Source of the DNA: Octopus vulgaris
Lineage: Eukaryota
NCBI GenBank assembly: GCA_951406725.2
Contig: OX597836.1
Location: forward strand, 20,708,001 to 20,772,000
Length of the DNA stretch: 64,000 bases
Direction of reading: 5' to 3'
Position numbers and translations under genes: made by a program. Numbering within the stretch: the stretch's first letter is position 1; each line of letters starts with the position of its first letter. A model generated the notes under the pieces. The model worked only from the letters and a program-made list of their open reading frames with translations. It was not told where the DNA came from and made no database searches. Shown here piece by piece: positions 62,675 through 64,000 of this stretch.

Positions 62675-62930
62675 TACACAGAAAAGAAACAAGGAGAGAA
62701 AAAAATTGCGTGTAGGGGCTAATGTACCAGACTTGAGAACAAAAAAAAATAATTTGATTCAACTAAAACAAAATTCAAAGTGGTGTCCCAGCATGGCCAT
62801 GGTCAAATAACTGAAACAAGTAAAAGATAAAGGTTTGTACATCTGTCTGTCTGTATCTGTCTATCTATATGTGTGTGTGTGTGCATGTACATACATTTAA
62901 AACATTCACCAAACCAACAGAAGGCAGAAG

Positions 62931-63180
62931 GGCGGCGAGCTGGCAGAAGGGCGGCGAGCTTGCAGAAACGTTGGCACGCTAGACGAAATGCGTAGCCGTA
63001 TTTCGTCTGTCGTTACGTTCCAAGTTCAAATTCCGCCAAGGTCGACTTTGCCTTTCATCATTTCGGTGTCGATAAATTAAGTACCAGTTACGCACTGGGG
63101 TCGATGTAATCGACTTAATCCGTTTGTCTGTCCTTGCTGGTCCCCTCTGTGTTTAGCCCCTTGTGGGTAGTAAAGAAATA
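62931..63180 (+). mobile_element. SINE family 2 with duplicated head
   Basis: Family-2 homology, with a 19-nt tandem duplication at the 5' end. Confidence 0.85.
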
Positions 63181-63937
63181 TATATATACACTCTCTCTCT
63201 CTCTCTCTCTCCAACTCTCCCACACACAACTCTGGTAATTCACGAAGAATTACAAACAAGATTATTTTGGAAACTGAAATAAAGACAGAAAAACTCCACC
63301 CACCCTGTCCTCACCAGGGTGGGTGTGGTCTGTCTTTGTTTCATATCAATTACAATGAACAATAAACACAAGTCTCGAAAGTTGCTTACATCATAGAAGC
63401 TTGAAAATAATTCATTTTAATTGATGTGAAATAAAGACAGCAAAACCAGACATCGAAACGTCTAAAAATCAAGCAACAGTAATTTCAAACGTATGCTACT
63501 TCTAACGATTTATATTATATTTTCTTTATTCCATTTATTAATTTTAAGTTTTATTTATTTACGTTTTGTGTAAGGGTGGGGGGGTAGGAGGGCAGCTATT
63601 TGAAGAAAGCACCATGCTCAATGAAGATGTCAGAATATTTTCATTTGTCTGCGAGTGAGAGGTGTTAGTTTGGATCATTCTACAGAAAGTGTTTTTTAAG
63701 TATGGAGCAAGCATGTTATCCTGACATTTGCTTTTAAAACTTCTTTCAACTTTTCAGCAGATGTATATATAAAAAAAACAAAAAAAAACAAAGAAATAAT
63801 TGATTGAAGAAGAGAAAATAAAAATAACAATAATTTCTGGTCTTAACTGATTGAAAATGTTAACATATACAAAAGAAATGTAGCTAAGCACTTTGTCAGG
63901 TGTAATGATTCTGCCAGTTTGCTGCCTTAAATAATAA

Positions 63938-64000
63938 CATCATCATCATCATCATCATCATCATCGTTTAACGTCCATTTTCCATGCTAGCATGGGTTCG
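63938..64000 (-). mobile_element. Family 3 retroposon 3' end (truncated by window edge)
   Basis: (CAT)n-CGTTTAACGTCCATTTTCCATGCTAGCATGGGTT. Confidence 0.75.

Overview
This is AT-rich, microsatellite-dense animal genomic DNA. The SINE families and repeat landscape suggest an octopus or other coleoid cephalopod (inference). The only host coding sequence I can support is four internal minus-strand exons (43775-43696, 33223-33050, 3892-3509, 1397-1155) of a Patj/MPDZ-type multi-PDZ scaffold gene. They splice in frame through GT-AG introns of about 10.5, 29.2 and 2.1 kb and encode two consecutive PDZ domains. The rest appears intronic and is packed with tRNA-derived SINEs, (GAT)n-tailed retroposon ends, CR1 and RTE LINE 3' ends, mariner and DD37D maT fossils, piggyBac-type and other MITEs, a non-autonomous Helitron and fold-back elements. 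The main finding is a set of minimal type-I hammerhead-ribozyme-like motifs in Penelope-like remnants. Their catalytic cores show all four Watson-Crick versions of the 3-8 tertiary pair (C-G, U-A, G-C, A-U), and an A6U variant is shared by two copies. Three of the motifs lie on the sense strand of the host pre-mRNA. All structures were read by eye and ribozyme activity is untested. Almost all short ORFs in the supplied track are repeat artefacts.
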